From assembly GCF_030684315.1 (NCBI RefSeq), contig NC_081391.1, positions 13,803,342-13,867,341 on the forward strand: a DNA stretch of 64,000 bases, given 5' to 3'. A program made the position numbers and the translations under genes. A model generated the notes under the pieces. The model saw only the letters and a program-made list of their open reading frames with translations. It was not told the DNA's origin and did no database searches. The stretch comes from Stegostoma tigrinum. Lineage: Eukaryota. Of the stretch, positions 50,727 through 63,173 are shown piece by piece. Within the stretch, counting starts at the first letter, position 1; each line of letters opens with the position of its first letter.

Positions 50727-53356
50727 AAGGGGTAGAGTGTGTTTGGAAGTTGTGTTGAAGTAACCTTGGTGAGTGCTGCAGGGGACCTGGTAGATAATGG
50801 ACCCTGAAAGGAGGTGGTGAATGCAGTCCCCATCAAGTGGGCTGCTCTGTCCTGGATGGTGTCTGCTTCTTGCAAGTGGCAGCTCCACCTCCACAGACAC
50901 ATGGAGAAGCTTCATCACACTCAGCTTTTTTCTCTTAGAAAGAAGATGCCTCATGACAGATGGATGAAGCCTGTGTAAACTCCATTTGGGAGGTGGGTAC
51001 AGCTTTCATTGGTGAGCTAGTTGATGGGTGTTAATTCCTGACCAGGGTCCCAATTCCCTTGGGGAACATGTGTGCCAATTCTAAAATCCTTCCTATTCTC
51101 TCCTGCCACAGCTTGTCCCTACCCCAATTAAACAGCCAAGAAATTTTGTTTGACTGCTTCTGCTTCAAGAAAGTAACTTCCCACCAGGTTTCCTCAACAA
51201 CAAAACCCTTAGCTCCTGTTTCAAATATCAGAAGAATCGCCCTTCATAAACCTCAAGGCATTGGATTGTGAATATCTCGGTTCGGAAGTGAGTCACATAT
51301 GGGTGGACAAACAACAGAACGCTGCCTGCTGGAATAAGCCAAACTCTGGTGTCCAGCTTTGTGTTAACTAGTGATGTTAGATCAGCCATTATCTGGAGGT
51401 ACATGTCGCATTGGCCTGCTCCCTCTCTCCCTCTCCCCCCCCGTGTGCTCTTGTGGTCATGTGACCCTTGTTTTCTCCCCCCCGACCCCTTCTGGATGTG
51501 AGTGCACTAATTTTAGTGTGCTATAAACTATAGCTGCAACAATCCAGAGGCTGTTACTGGGTAGGTTTTCCTTTGCACTCTCTTGTTGTCGCTTTCTCTC
51601 ATTCGCCTCTACTATATCTTGTAGTAATAAAATATACCGTACACTATCTCCCTGGTTTTGAGGCCGCAGAAACCTTGCTTCCTCCTGGTTATATTGTTAC
51701 AGCAGTGTCTAACATGCATTTCCATGCCAGCCCCAAAGGAGCAATAGTGTTGCAGCTCCGCTACTCAACTATAGCCTGCACTCCAGCTCCTGGTGCTTGT
51801 TTCAGCTGTTTTTTAGGCTCTAAATTTGTCCAATTCAAATGAAGGTTAGTGAGTGAAAACATGGCTGGATGCAAGAAGAGCTATAATGCTGTGCCAGACA
51901 GCCTGAGCAATTCACTGTTTTAAGCCAAACTTTTGCCAGTTTCCAATAGGAAATTGGGATTGTTGTGTTAGTTCCCAGTTGAAGGATCTGCTGGCCAGCT
52001 GGATATCAGCGGATTCTCAACCATGTTCACATACCAGGCAGTTAACAGCTAACTGAGCAGTTAGCTTGCTGCAGAAGGCTGAACTAGAATTTGGAGTCAG
52101 TGCTGTGTTCAATGGGCTTTAACATGTTCTCTCCCTTCCAGATGACCTACTTTGACTGGGATGATGTGGCCCTCCCCCACTTCTCCCAGTTCTTCAAAGA
52201 TCAGTCCCAGGTGAAGCAGGAACCTGCAGAGAAGCTGCTGAAATTCCAGAATCAGCGTGGAGGCAGAGGCTGAGTCCTCCTCCAGGATGTGAAGGTTGGA
52301 GTTGTGTGGGAGGGTTGCAGCTGTGGGGAAGAGAATGGCAGCTCTTGTGGTGCTGCTTCCTGTTGGGATGTAAAAATCCTCTTTTGGCCTGGCTTCCCTG
52401 TTTGATTTCTTTTGAAGGCAGTTTCTAAACTAGCCCTATTGTCCACCATGTCTATGCTGCCCACAAACCTCAAACTACATTAACACAATTTCCTTGCACT
52501 TAGTCCACAGCCTACTATCTTCTGGCATGAAGAAGTTGTTGAGATTAGGCTTCAATGTTGCTGGAGTAACTTCCTCCACTGACCCCTCAGGTCATGCATC
52601 CCATACCTCTCCCACCCTCCATTTATCCTCCAATCTCCTCAAACCTGTGCCATCTGGTCTTCATGTCTGCCACAGGGACTGTCTATTGTCCATGCTCCCT
52701 GATCTTCCACACTTCCATGAGATAACCATCCCAGTCTATCCAACCTCCCTCTCATCATTGTTTTTTTTGTCAGTTTTCTTCCCCCATCTTGGGCCAACAT
52801 CCTGATGACCCTCACCTGTACCCCCTCCAGTGTCACCCTGTCCTTCTGATTGTGGTTCTGGTCACCACACTACATTCCTTCTTTGGTCTGGCCAATGCTG
52901 CCATGTTTATGGCAAGACTCATCCTTTTTACTGATCCCCAACTCCTGGAGACCAGCATCATGTCAGCCCCTTCCCCACTCTGTCTACCTTTGCTGAACCT
53001 TGAGGGATGGCCTTGGGCATTTGTTGCTTGTCCCTTTTACTGTAAGCACATTGCTGCTCCCTTCAATGAATTAAACAGCAGTGATGTCTGATCATCCTGC
53101 TCAGACATGTATGAAGCCACTGGCACAGGTGAGACATAGATGCCTGGCCTGCAAGGTCCAGATTGGTACTCTACCTCAAGAGCCCTTGAGACTAAGGTGT
53201 GAATGTCCTGATCTAAATGACAAATGGGCACTGGTGCAAACAGTTTAACTTTGTGTGAAATAAATCCCTGTCCCCACAATGACTTCATGCTTCAGATCAA
53301 GGATAAATGGAGCAAAGTGAAGTCACCTACAAGTCATCAATGTGGGTTTTAGGGGT

Positions 53357-53597
53357 GGCACAGTTGCTCAGTGGTTAGCACTGCTGCCTCAGTGCCAGGG
53401 ACACAGGTTTAGCTCTGGCCTCTGGTGACTGGTGCTGACAAGATCAGTTTCTTCCTACAGTCCAAATATGGGCAGGCTGGGTGAAGTAGCTGTGGGGGAA
53501 ATGCAGGGCTATGGGATCAGGTAAATCTGAGATCTGCTTCAGAAGGTTGATTGCAGACTCAATGGGCTGAATGGCCTGCTCCCATGCTGCAGGGAGT
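53357..53597 (+). mobile_element. tRNA-derived SINE relic in intron 2 of copy 7
   Basis: GGCACAGTTGCTCAGTGGTTAGCACTGCTGCCTCAGTGCCAGGGAC head and GACTCAATGGGCTGAATGGCCTGCT tail. Confidence 0.65.
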
Positions 53598-56500
53598 CTG
53601 ATTCTGAGGCTTAACTGTACTTCTTTTCCCCCCTCCAGAAGCCAGAGAGGGATGAGTAGGGTAACAGCCTGCAGGCAATGCAAGTTCTCCTGGATCTGGA
53701 GAAGAACGTGAACCAGAGTTTGTTGGATCTACACCAACTCGCCACAGCCCAGACTGACCCTCATGTAAGCTTCACCTCTTCATTCTCACCACTGCCATGC
53801 CTCCTCAACTTCATTGGTTGATCTTTGTGGAGTGGAAAGTCACAGACGTAACTCTGTCCAGATGCTACATTGTCATCATAATTATGTTATTAAGGTACAA
53901 TGTTACAATTGCTCAACACCAAACTGAAATAGGAATTTGGCTGACAGTCTAGTGGGAATGCTGATGTGATTTTTGGCTGCTGAATTGGGGATTGTTGCAC
54001 TATACAATACAACTTGGAGCTCTTTAAGAAGGTGAGATGGATCAGCTGAAATGTTGTCGTCACTGGCATCAATTCTCCACCTGGTAGCTAGATTTTCAGG
54101 GCTGTCTAGAGCAATTTATGGCTAAGGGTTTTTCAGTGGGAATTATGAAGTTGTCTTGGACAGTGTTAATGCACTCAGTTGTCGTCTTCCTCTGTTGCAG
54201 CTGTGACTTCCTGGAGACTCTCTATTTGGATGAGGAGGTGGAGATCATCAAGCAACTGGGTGACTACATCACCAACCTGAAGCACCTGGGAGCCCCTGAG
54301 AATGGGATCGGAGAGTACCTGTTTGACAGGCTCTCCCTGGAGGACAGCAGTTAGTGTGGCCTGGAGCACTGTCTACTTGGTCTGAATGCATGCCCCACTT
54401 CACCCTGGCCAACCTGTCTCCTTCCAAGGAGAAGGGACTTGTAGCAAAGAATGTAATAGCTGTAGCAGCCGAATGGGAATGAATAAAATGATGTGTTGAT
54501 CTTGCTTATTGTCCATCATTCAGAGAACTGGGTGGTGTCTCTCGAGAGCTTGAAGCCTGTAATCTTTCTGTAGTTTGATTGGCTGGTCCAATTACAATTG
54601 GACATGAGACTAATTCACTGGGTCTTTTGACAATTTCCCCACCTCACTGGTCAGGGATAATGAGATGGAGTGCCTCCTTTGTGTGAAACAAGATATTCCC
54701 CTCCCACCAGAATTTGAGGTTGTGGTTTGATGCTGTTGGCCGAGAAAACGTTTTCGACAATGACTAGCATACTGTTGGATGTGGTGTGCACAATTGTAGT
54801 TAACAGAACGTGGAATTCCTTTTGCAAAAGCAACTTCCCACACCTTTTATCAAAAGCTGGGACCAGGCCCCAACATTCTGAAAATTAGGGAAATTTTAAC
54901 TTGTACATGGATAAGGCATGGAAAAATTAACGTTAAATACCTTTCCTCATCAGCCTCCCTGAACAGTACCTTACACTCCAAGTGACAGAAATCACAATTT
55001 GACGACAAAACTAACTAATCTGCTGGCTGGATCAGCTCAGCCGAAGGAGGTGAGATATCGGGATGTGTTTCCTTGCCAGGGGCAGGAACCAGCTCATTGG
55101 GAGAGGATACCACTTCAGCTGGTCTGCTATTCATTGTGACTCGGGCCCTAACATGACGTGACGAGTATATTCTATTCTCAGTTCTCAGCATTGTTGTCTC
55201 CTTTGTTTCTGTTACTTTTTTCTTTACACCCCCCTCCCCCACAACCATGTGTGCAGCCCAACAGCGTTGGGTGCTGGTAAAGGGTCAAACCAGGACCAGC
55301 AGTCAAGGTGGTGGGGGGTGGGGTGCCACGTGCCACTCTCTAAAACCCATTCACCCTTCCCTTGTTACACGTCTCCACCAGTTGGCAATGCTCACCAGTT
55401 GATTCCTCCTTCAGTCTGAGTTACCACACGGTGACACTTCAGGGGATTTTATATCCACTTCAGCTCCAAAAGGAGTCAATGCCCATGGTTGCTGGGGGCA
55501 GTATGCGCAGAAGCAATCCCAATTTGTCCGAATGTGGCTCCCTTATTCCACTTTCTTTCCCTATCCTTGCACTTACTCTACCGCTTCATCCAAGGAAAAA
55601 TTTTCAAGCCTACCACCCCCAAGACCTGGGAAAGTGCAGCCCAAATTTTCACAGCAGCCTCTATCAGACAGTCAGCTCACATTCACCTGAGCTGTATGGG
55701 CGTATAATGCCTGCTCTTGATGCCACCCACAGTGGCAGTGTCTTGAGCATAGCATAGCACAGCAGCGCTCCTGGTTAAATGTTGCCATTTGATTGGCTCT
55801 TGCTGCTAAAGCCTGCATTGAGCGCACTAAGCTGCTCCTTTGGTTCCTCTGAGCTTCCCCCACGGTGAGCGTTACTCCTGATGCAGGTTAATTGGGTGAA
55901 ATCACATTGAAGGAGCAGTGTGACTCGGAGAGGAGACCTGGAGATGCTGATTTTCCTGTCCCCCTGCTTCCCTTATCTTTCGAGGGGTCAGAGATCCTGG
56001 GTTAGGGAGGGGGCTATCAGAGACATCCTGAGGATTGTTCCAGGGAGTTTTGTAGCGAGTGCACACTGCAGCCTGCATGAGGGTGTGGGTCTTTAAGGCA
56101 CTGAGCGTGTTTGTTCCTCCACAGAGAGCAGTTTAATTGCAGCAAATTGAAGTCTTGGCTGGAGAATCCCAATAGTGCAGCAAGAGGATATTAGGCCCAT
56201 TAAATCTGCATCGACCCACTGAACCACATCCTGCTCAGACCCAACCCATTTGCTTAACCCCACGGACAATCGAATTACCTTGGATGCGCATTGTCACTAT
56301 GGGGCTATTTAGTATTACCAACCCACCTACCCTGCAAATCATTGGGCTGTGTGAAGAAACTCAAGCACCTGGAGGAAATCCACGCAGGCCATCAGCCAGG
56401 GGTAGAATCGAACCTGGGTCCCTGGCACTGAGGCGCCAAAACATTCTAAAGTACCAAAGGGAAGGAATGCACTGTGGCAAACTACGTCATGGGAATAGAC

Positions 56501-57719
56501 TCTGCAGCCCAGCCCGAACTTGCAGACCAGGTTTTCATAAACTGTGTAGTGCCATTTGCCTACATTTGGCCCATCTTTCTCTAAACCGTTCCTTTCCATG
56601 TAAATCTCCAAATGTCACTTAAATGTTGTAATTCTATCCACCTCGACCACTTCCTCTGGCAGCTCGTTCCATGCACGTACCACCCTCTGTGTGAAAATGT
56701 TGTCCCTCACACCCCTTTTAAATCCTTCCCCCTCTCCCATCAAACCGGTGCCCTCTAGTTTTGGACCCCCCTACCCTGTCCCAGCATGCTTTTTATATAC
56801 AGTCAATCTTGAGTGTGCCAATGGCAAGGCTACATTTAGTGCTCAGCAACTGTTCCACTTCAGGAGGTGGTGATGAGCTGGTTATTACAGTCCACCTGGT
56901 GTCGGCGAGACCGGAATGATGCTGCTGCTGCTGCTGAGGAGGGGCTTCTGGGATTTTCGTTCACAAACAGGGATAGTGTTCCAAGTCAGGATGGTGACAG
57001 ATTTACATGGAGCTGCTTGAGTGTCGTCGGAGCTGCCTCAAGCGACAACATTGTAAACTATTCCAGCACTACTCCCAACTTCAGCCTTATTGACGGTGGA
57101 CAGGTTTTGGAAACTCAGGAGTTGAGTACTTCCTGACAGAATTCCCAGCATCTGAATTCCCAGTTTCTGAGCTGTACCATCTACAGAACGCAATGTAAAC
57201 AGGACCAGAAATTGCTCACTTGGAAACCTGCTGGGGTTAATCGCTAGTTCTACTTCAAACAATGAAAAACGAAACTGGGAGACAGAAATGTTCAACGTGC
57301 GATACATTTCTAGCAGCAACTGAGACATAGAGGCCTGAGGCCTACTGTGTAGAAGAGGCACTCAGCACATTTAGCGTTTTGCTTTTCAAACTGGGCCTTC
57401 AAGGTCAAGGTCAGGGAGATCACATGAGATGCAGATTGGATCCACAAAGTACATCAGTTGCCTGTTTTAGATGATCCAAAAGCACATTATTTCTGTTGCG
57501 GCACAGAAATAGGAAAATGTTCAGATCAACCAAATCGAGCCATTTTTCAAAGAGCTCCAACACCAATGTTCAAAAATTATGACGACTAATCCCTCAGAAT
57601 AACAATCCGACAGAATTCTGCAAATCTGTGTTGAGTGTGTCTTAACGCACAACTTCAGATACAGACGTGAAGTTTTAGAGCATACTTTATTCTCATTTTC
57701 AGGGAGATGTCCTCCCAGA

Positions 57720-57930
57720 ATTTGCACTTGTTCAGGAGGTCAAAGATCATTTCAGCAATTTCATCATCAACCACTCATCAATTCTGATTGGTTTTTTGAC
57801 CCGATTCCCATCCTGCACTGATTGGATGTGGCAGCTGATCAATTGATTAACAAGAGTGATTGGCCATCACTGATGATCTCATTTCCTGCTTCATAAAATG
57901 AGTGTTGGCTCCTCGGGTATAAATAGAGTC
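57720..57930 (+). promoter_or_regulatory. Proximal promoter of copy 8
   Basis: AGGTCAAAGATCA 57737-57749, three GATTGG, TATAAATA 57918. Confidence 0.7.
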
Positions 57931-58011
57931 CCAGGGCAGGGATGTTTATTGTTGTTCTTAACTTTGTTATTTTTGTGGTGTGGAAACTAAAGCAAGCTTT
58001 TCCTTTACAAG

Positions 58012-61000
58012 ATGGCATCCCAGATCAGTCAGAACTATCACCAGGATTGTGAAGCTGCTGTCAACAAGCAGATTAATGTGGAGCTCACTGCCTCCTATCT
58101 CTATCAGTCTTTGGTGAGTGCTGTCTCTGTTGGGTGAAACATACTTCTGTTCTGTTGAAGTGAACTCTACCCCTTGGATGTAATTAAGTTGTCTATCTTA
58201 TAGACTGAGTTTTGTGGCTCCTACCTATTTCTCAATGCAGGATGAGTGTGATGTTACTGTAACAATAGTTTGGTGTCCAATGTTACTCTAACTTGGGTCC
58301 CAGTTGGTTGTCAGTGAGATGTGGAGTGTTCTTGTAGTTACTTGCCTGTCCCATGATGGTGCTGTGACTGGTGGTAATTATAGCTTCCTGTGGCTGTTTG
58401 AAACTTGAGGGAACTAATTTAAAAATGAATTGGGACTAACCATTGTGGGAATGGAAGCACCATCAGCTAGTCACTGCTCTTCTTTTCCTTCTTGTATCCT
58501 TGCTTGTATTTGAATTTTGTGGTGATCCCAACTTAACATCTCAAATAATCTTGAGAATCTTGATTTCCTATTGCAATCAGCTTAGAATAGGCTTGTTCTA
58601 GCCCTACAGAGCTGGGCTGAGAGGTGGCAAATGGAGTTTAATGCAGACAAGTGTGAGGTGATGCACTTTGGTAGGAGTAACCGGAAGGCAAAGCACGAGG
58701 CTAATGGTAAGATTCTTAGTAATGTAGATGAGCAGAGAGATCTCGGTGTCCACGTAAACAGGTCCTTGAAAGTTGCCATCCAGGTTGACAGGGCGGTTAA
58801 GAAGGCAGTGTTTTCTCTTTGATTAATAGAGGCATTGAGTTCTGGAACCAAGAGGTTATGGTGAAGCTGTACCAAACTCTGGTGTGGCTGCACTTGTAGT
58901 ATTGTATACAGTTCTGGTCACTGCATTATAAGGATGTGGAAGCTTTGGCAAGAGTGCAGAGGAGGTTTACTAGGATGTTGCCTGGTATCGAGGGAAGCTC
59001 TTATGAGGGAAGACTGAGGGACTTGAGGCTGTCTTCATTGGTGAGAAGGTTGAGAGTTGACTTAATTGAAACATATAATATTCTGAGGGTTGGAAAGGGA
59101 AATCCTCTTTCTGCGGACGGTGAGCATGAGGGGGCATAGCTGTAAATTGAGGGATGATAGATATAGGACAGATGTCTGAGGTAGTTTCTTTACTCAGTAG
59201 TAAGGGAATGGAATGCTTTGCCTGTGACGGTAGTAGATTTGCCAACTTTAGGTACATTTAAGTCGTCATTGGACAAGCATATGGACGTACAGGGAATAGT
59301 CTAGGTTAGATGGGCTTGAGATCAGTATGACAAGTTGACACAACATCTAGGGCCTGTACTGTGCTGTTATGTTCTAGTTTCAGATTAAACTGGGTGAGGT
59401 TGTGACTGGTATCTGATCAAGCAGATCTCCATTTGAGATCTACTTTGCTTTTTTTCATACTCATGAGGTGGGTGTGGGCTGTCTGTATATGAAGTGTTGG
59501 AGCTTTTCCAAGGCACGGCACTGCCGTGGGGCTGAGAATGTGCGGAGGGTACTGACCCAGTGAATATGCAAAAAATAGCTTATTCCTGTTGTATTTGGCC
59601 TGACTCTAACTAGCCCCTCTTTCCCCAGGTGGTTGGGTGCCTGTGCCCTTCCAAGGGGTAGAATGTGTTTAGAAGGTGTTAGAAGTAACCTTAGTGAGTG
59701 TTGCCGGGTGCTCTCTGGGCTTGTGCTTGTCAGCAGGAAGTCCTGTCATGATGAGGATCAAGTCCCTGTCAGCCCCACTTTGGGAGGTGGCAACAGCTTT
59801 CATTGAGCCACCAGTTCAGTTTTAATCGCTGACCCATGTTCCTAACACAACTTGGAAGCATGTCCCAAGAGTAAAATCTCCACTATTCTACATCTTCTAA
59901 CTGCCCATTTAAATGGGCAATGATAAATTGTGCTTGTGTTTGCATTTGACAATTAAAGCAACTTTTTTCAGCAGGATTCCCAAGAATGTGTGTCTTAGTA
60001 GCTGCTTGCAATAGCAGACCTGGTAAACCTGAATACATTGAATTGTGAACATCCTGGTTTAGAAATCTACAGGACTTTGCCTGTTGGATTAAGTCAACAG
60101 TAGCATTTCCAGGTTACTGTTTTAATAAGTGATGTTGTCTAGAGAGTAGGTGATCTGCAGGTCACTGTCATATTTGTCATGTGATCAGTTTGTTTTGTCA
60201 ATCATTGTTTCATGTGTAATGGTACAAGTTGCTAGCAGTCTCAGTACAGCTGTTTTAGATGCAGCAGTAAACTGTATCTAGAACAATCCAAAGACTGTCC
60301 CGAGGCAGGCTTTCCTTGGCAGATTCTTGGTGCCCATGTCCTTCATTCATCCCTTCCCCCTCACCCCAGCCACCCCACTACTGCAGCCCTTGTCAAACTA
60401 ATACAGTGCATCCAATTGCATTGATCCTGACTAAGCAGAAAATGTGCTCCTTCCTAGCTGTTAGTTGCAGTGTCTGGGATCTGTTTTCTGGCCTTTGCCA
60501 AAGGAGCAATAGCGTGCCCTGCAGCTGTTCTATTGGTGCACATCCTGCATTCCAGCTTCTGGCATTTCTTGAAACCCTATTCAAACAGTAATTTATCCCA
60601 TTTCTGGTGGAGGTTAATCAGTAAAAACATCAATTCACACTTGTTCTCACCAAATGCTGTGCCAGACCCACTGAGCAATTTGCCAGGAGTTTCAAACCAA
60701 AATAAAACACATGGTGTTTACAGCTTACCTGGAGGAAGCTGGGATTGTTTTGATTTTTCCAATTCAACAGGAACTGCTCAAAACTGGGTTCTGAATTGTT
60801 AATGCATCAGGTACTTAACAGCTTATTGTCAGTTTGATTTTGAGAATGCTCAAGTAGCCCTGGAGCTCTGAACTAAAATTGGCCCGTGACTTGTTAATGG
60901 GCTTTACCTTGATCTCCCTTCCAGATGTCCTACTTTGACCGGGATGATGTTGCCCTCCCCCATGTCTCCCGCTTCTTCAAACATCAGTCCCAGGAGAAGC

Positions 61001-63173
61001 GGGAACATGCAGAGAAGCTGCTGAAATTCCAGAATCAGCGTGGAGGCCGGGTCCTCCTCCAGGATGTGAAGGTTGGAGTTGGGTGGGGTGGGGGTTGGGA
61101 TGGTAATGGCTGCTCTTGTGGTGTGGTTTCAAGTCAGTGACAAGGTTTTCATTTGAGTCAAATCTTTGTTCGGCCTGTTTGATCTCCTTTTTGAAGCCAG
61201 TGTAGAAAGAAGCCCTTTGGCCCACCATGTCTTTGCTGACCCCACAAACACTAAAGCACTTTAATCCCATTTCCCTTCCCTTGGTCCACAGGCCACTGTC
61301 CTGGCACTATGTACTTGTCCAGCTGGACCTTAAACTGATCTGGAGTAGCTGACTCCACCACCATCCAACCCTTTATGTGGTTCATCTCATATTTCTAACC
61401 TCCCCCTCGGAGGAGGGTGAAGAGAACGTTTCCTCCAATCCCCTCTAACCTGCTTACTCCACAAACCTGGTTTCTCTCTGGTCTTGGTGTCTGCCATGGG
61501 GAAGGCATTCCATCAACTGGCCACTCTCTATTCTTCAATAGTTACATCAGGTCACTCCCTCAGCCGTTCCTGCTCCACAGAAAATCCCAGCCTATCTAAC
61601 CTCCAATCAATGGATCTTGGGCAACAGCCTGGGCAGCCTCACCAGCTTCCCCCTGCAGTGCCATCCTGTCCTTGTGACTGGTGAGGCCAAAGAGGGAATA
61701 ATGTGGTGACTAGAAGAACAAACTGTGACAAGACTGGCCCCCTTCCTGTTCCACCACACCCAACTAATAGAGGTTGCTTGCCCTCTGTCACTGTTACACC
61801 CTGTTGACCTTGTCTGAACTTTGAGGGATCTATGGTTGTGGGCCTTTCTTAACTGTTAGCAGCACAACACACTTTGCAAACACCTCGCTGTCCCTTGGAT
61901 GAATTAAATAGCCGTGATGTTTCTGATCATCCTGCTCAGGCATGTATGAAGCCACCAGCACAAGTGGTACTTGAACCTTGGCCTTGTCAGCCAGAGACAG
62001 GGGCACTACCACTGTACCATGACAGCATTTAGGATTCACTTGTGAATATCCTCGCAATTCCATCAGATGGACCCTGATGCAAATCTTGTCATTATCCCCC
62101 ACAATGACCTGTTATTCACCTTCCTCCTTCAGATCAAGGACCGACAGGCAAGGTGAAAGCAATTCGAAGGAACTGTGCTCCAGGGCTGCCTCAGGGGCTA
62201 GCAGTGTTCTCAGTGCTAGGGACACAGGTTTTGATCTGGCCTCTGGTGAGGGACTGGTGTTTACATGTCCTCCCCATGTCTGCGTTGGTGTCCTCATAGT
62301 ATAAGAGGATTGGCCATCTGAAATGCAGGGGTACAGGAATAGAGGGGGAGTGGGATGAGCTGGGATGCATTTCAGAGCAGTTCTGCACTGATCGATGTTG
62401 TAGAGATTCTGAAGCTTCACTTTCCTTCTTTCCATCCTCAGAAGCCAGAGAGGGATGAGTGGGGTAACAGCCTGCAGGCGATGCAGGTTGCCCTGGATCT
62501 GGAGAAGAATGTGAACCAGAGTTTGCTGGATCTTCACCAACTTGCCACAGCCCAGACTGACCCTCATGTAAGCTTCACCACTTCATTCTCTTCACTGCTG
62601 GTCACTCAGGGCAACACCTTCAATGGTTGGTCTTTTGTGGATTAGAAGTTGCCTGCTGTCTCAGACAAGTGCCATTTGGATCTCTTCAGATCCGTACCAA
62701 TGCTTATAATCTGATCAGCTCAGCAATCAAGTAAAATGGGAATTTGGATTATAATCTAGTAGGAGTGATGAAGTGATATTGGCCACTGAATGCTCATCCA
62801 GGATTATTGCAGTGGAATGATCACTATCCATCATAATCCAACACAGCATCACTTAACAAACTGCAAGAGCAGTTGAAATACATGGTCCTCACTGGCATAG
62901 TCTCCAGGTGTTAGGTTTTCAGGGTAGTCTAGAGCTCATATGGCTGAGTGTTTTGCAGTAGGAAATCTGAGGTTGTCTTGGATAGCATTAATGTAGCAAG
63001 TTGTCATATTCTTGCAGCTGTGTGACTTCCTGGAGACTCACTATTTGGATGAGGAGGTGGAGATCATCAAGCAACTCGGGGACTACATCACCAACCTGAA
63101 GCGCCTGGGAGCCCCTGAGAATGGGATGGGAGAGTACCTGTTTGACAGGCTCTCCCTGGAGGACAGCAGTTAG
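58012..63173 (+). CDS. Ferritin subunit gene copy 8 (type A 5' part), intact, 176 aa
   Basis: Exons 58012-58113, 60925-61071, 62442-62567, 63018-63173; open frame, GT-AG junctions, TATA 57918, AATAAA 63302. Confidence 0.93.
58603..59376 (+). mobile_element. 5'-truncated CR1 LINE in intron 1 of copy 8
   Basis: Near-identical to 6473-7246 (ORFs 58631-58822, 58936-59139). Confidence 0.92.

Larger units (their letters stand above)
50209..54354 (+). pseudogene. Ferritin copy 7 (type C), multiply disabled
   Basis: Exons 50209-50310, 52142-52294 (6-bp insertion giving TGA at 52271), 53639-53764 (TGG>TAG at 53657), 54201-54354 (2-bp deletion CTGTGTGAC>CTGTGAC). Also E61V and H65P. Confidence 0.93.

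Noticed and set aside
52271-52273. In-frame TGA in copy 7 as possible selenocysteine or readthrough
   Set aside because: The same copy has a TAG in exon 3 and a frameshift in exon 4, and no SECIS was seen.
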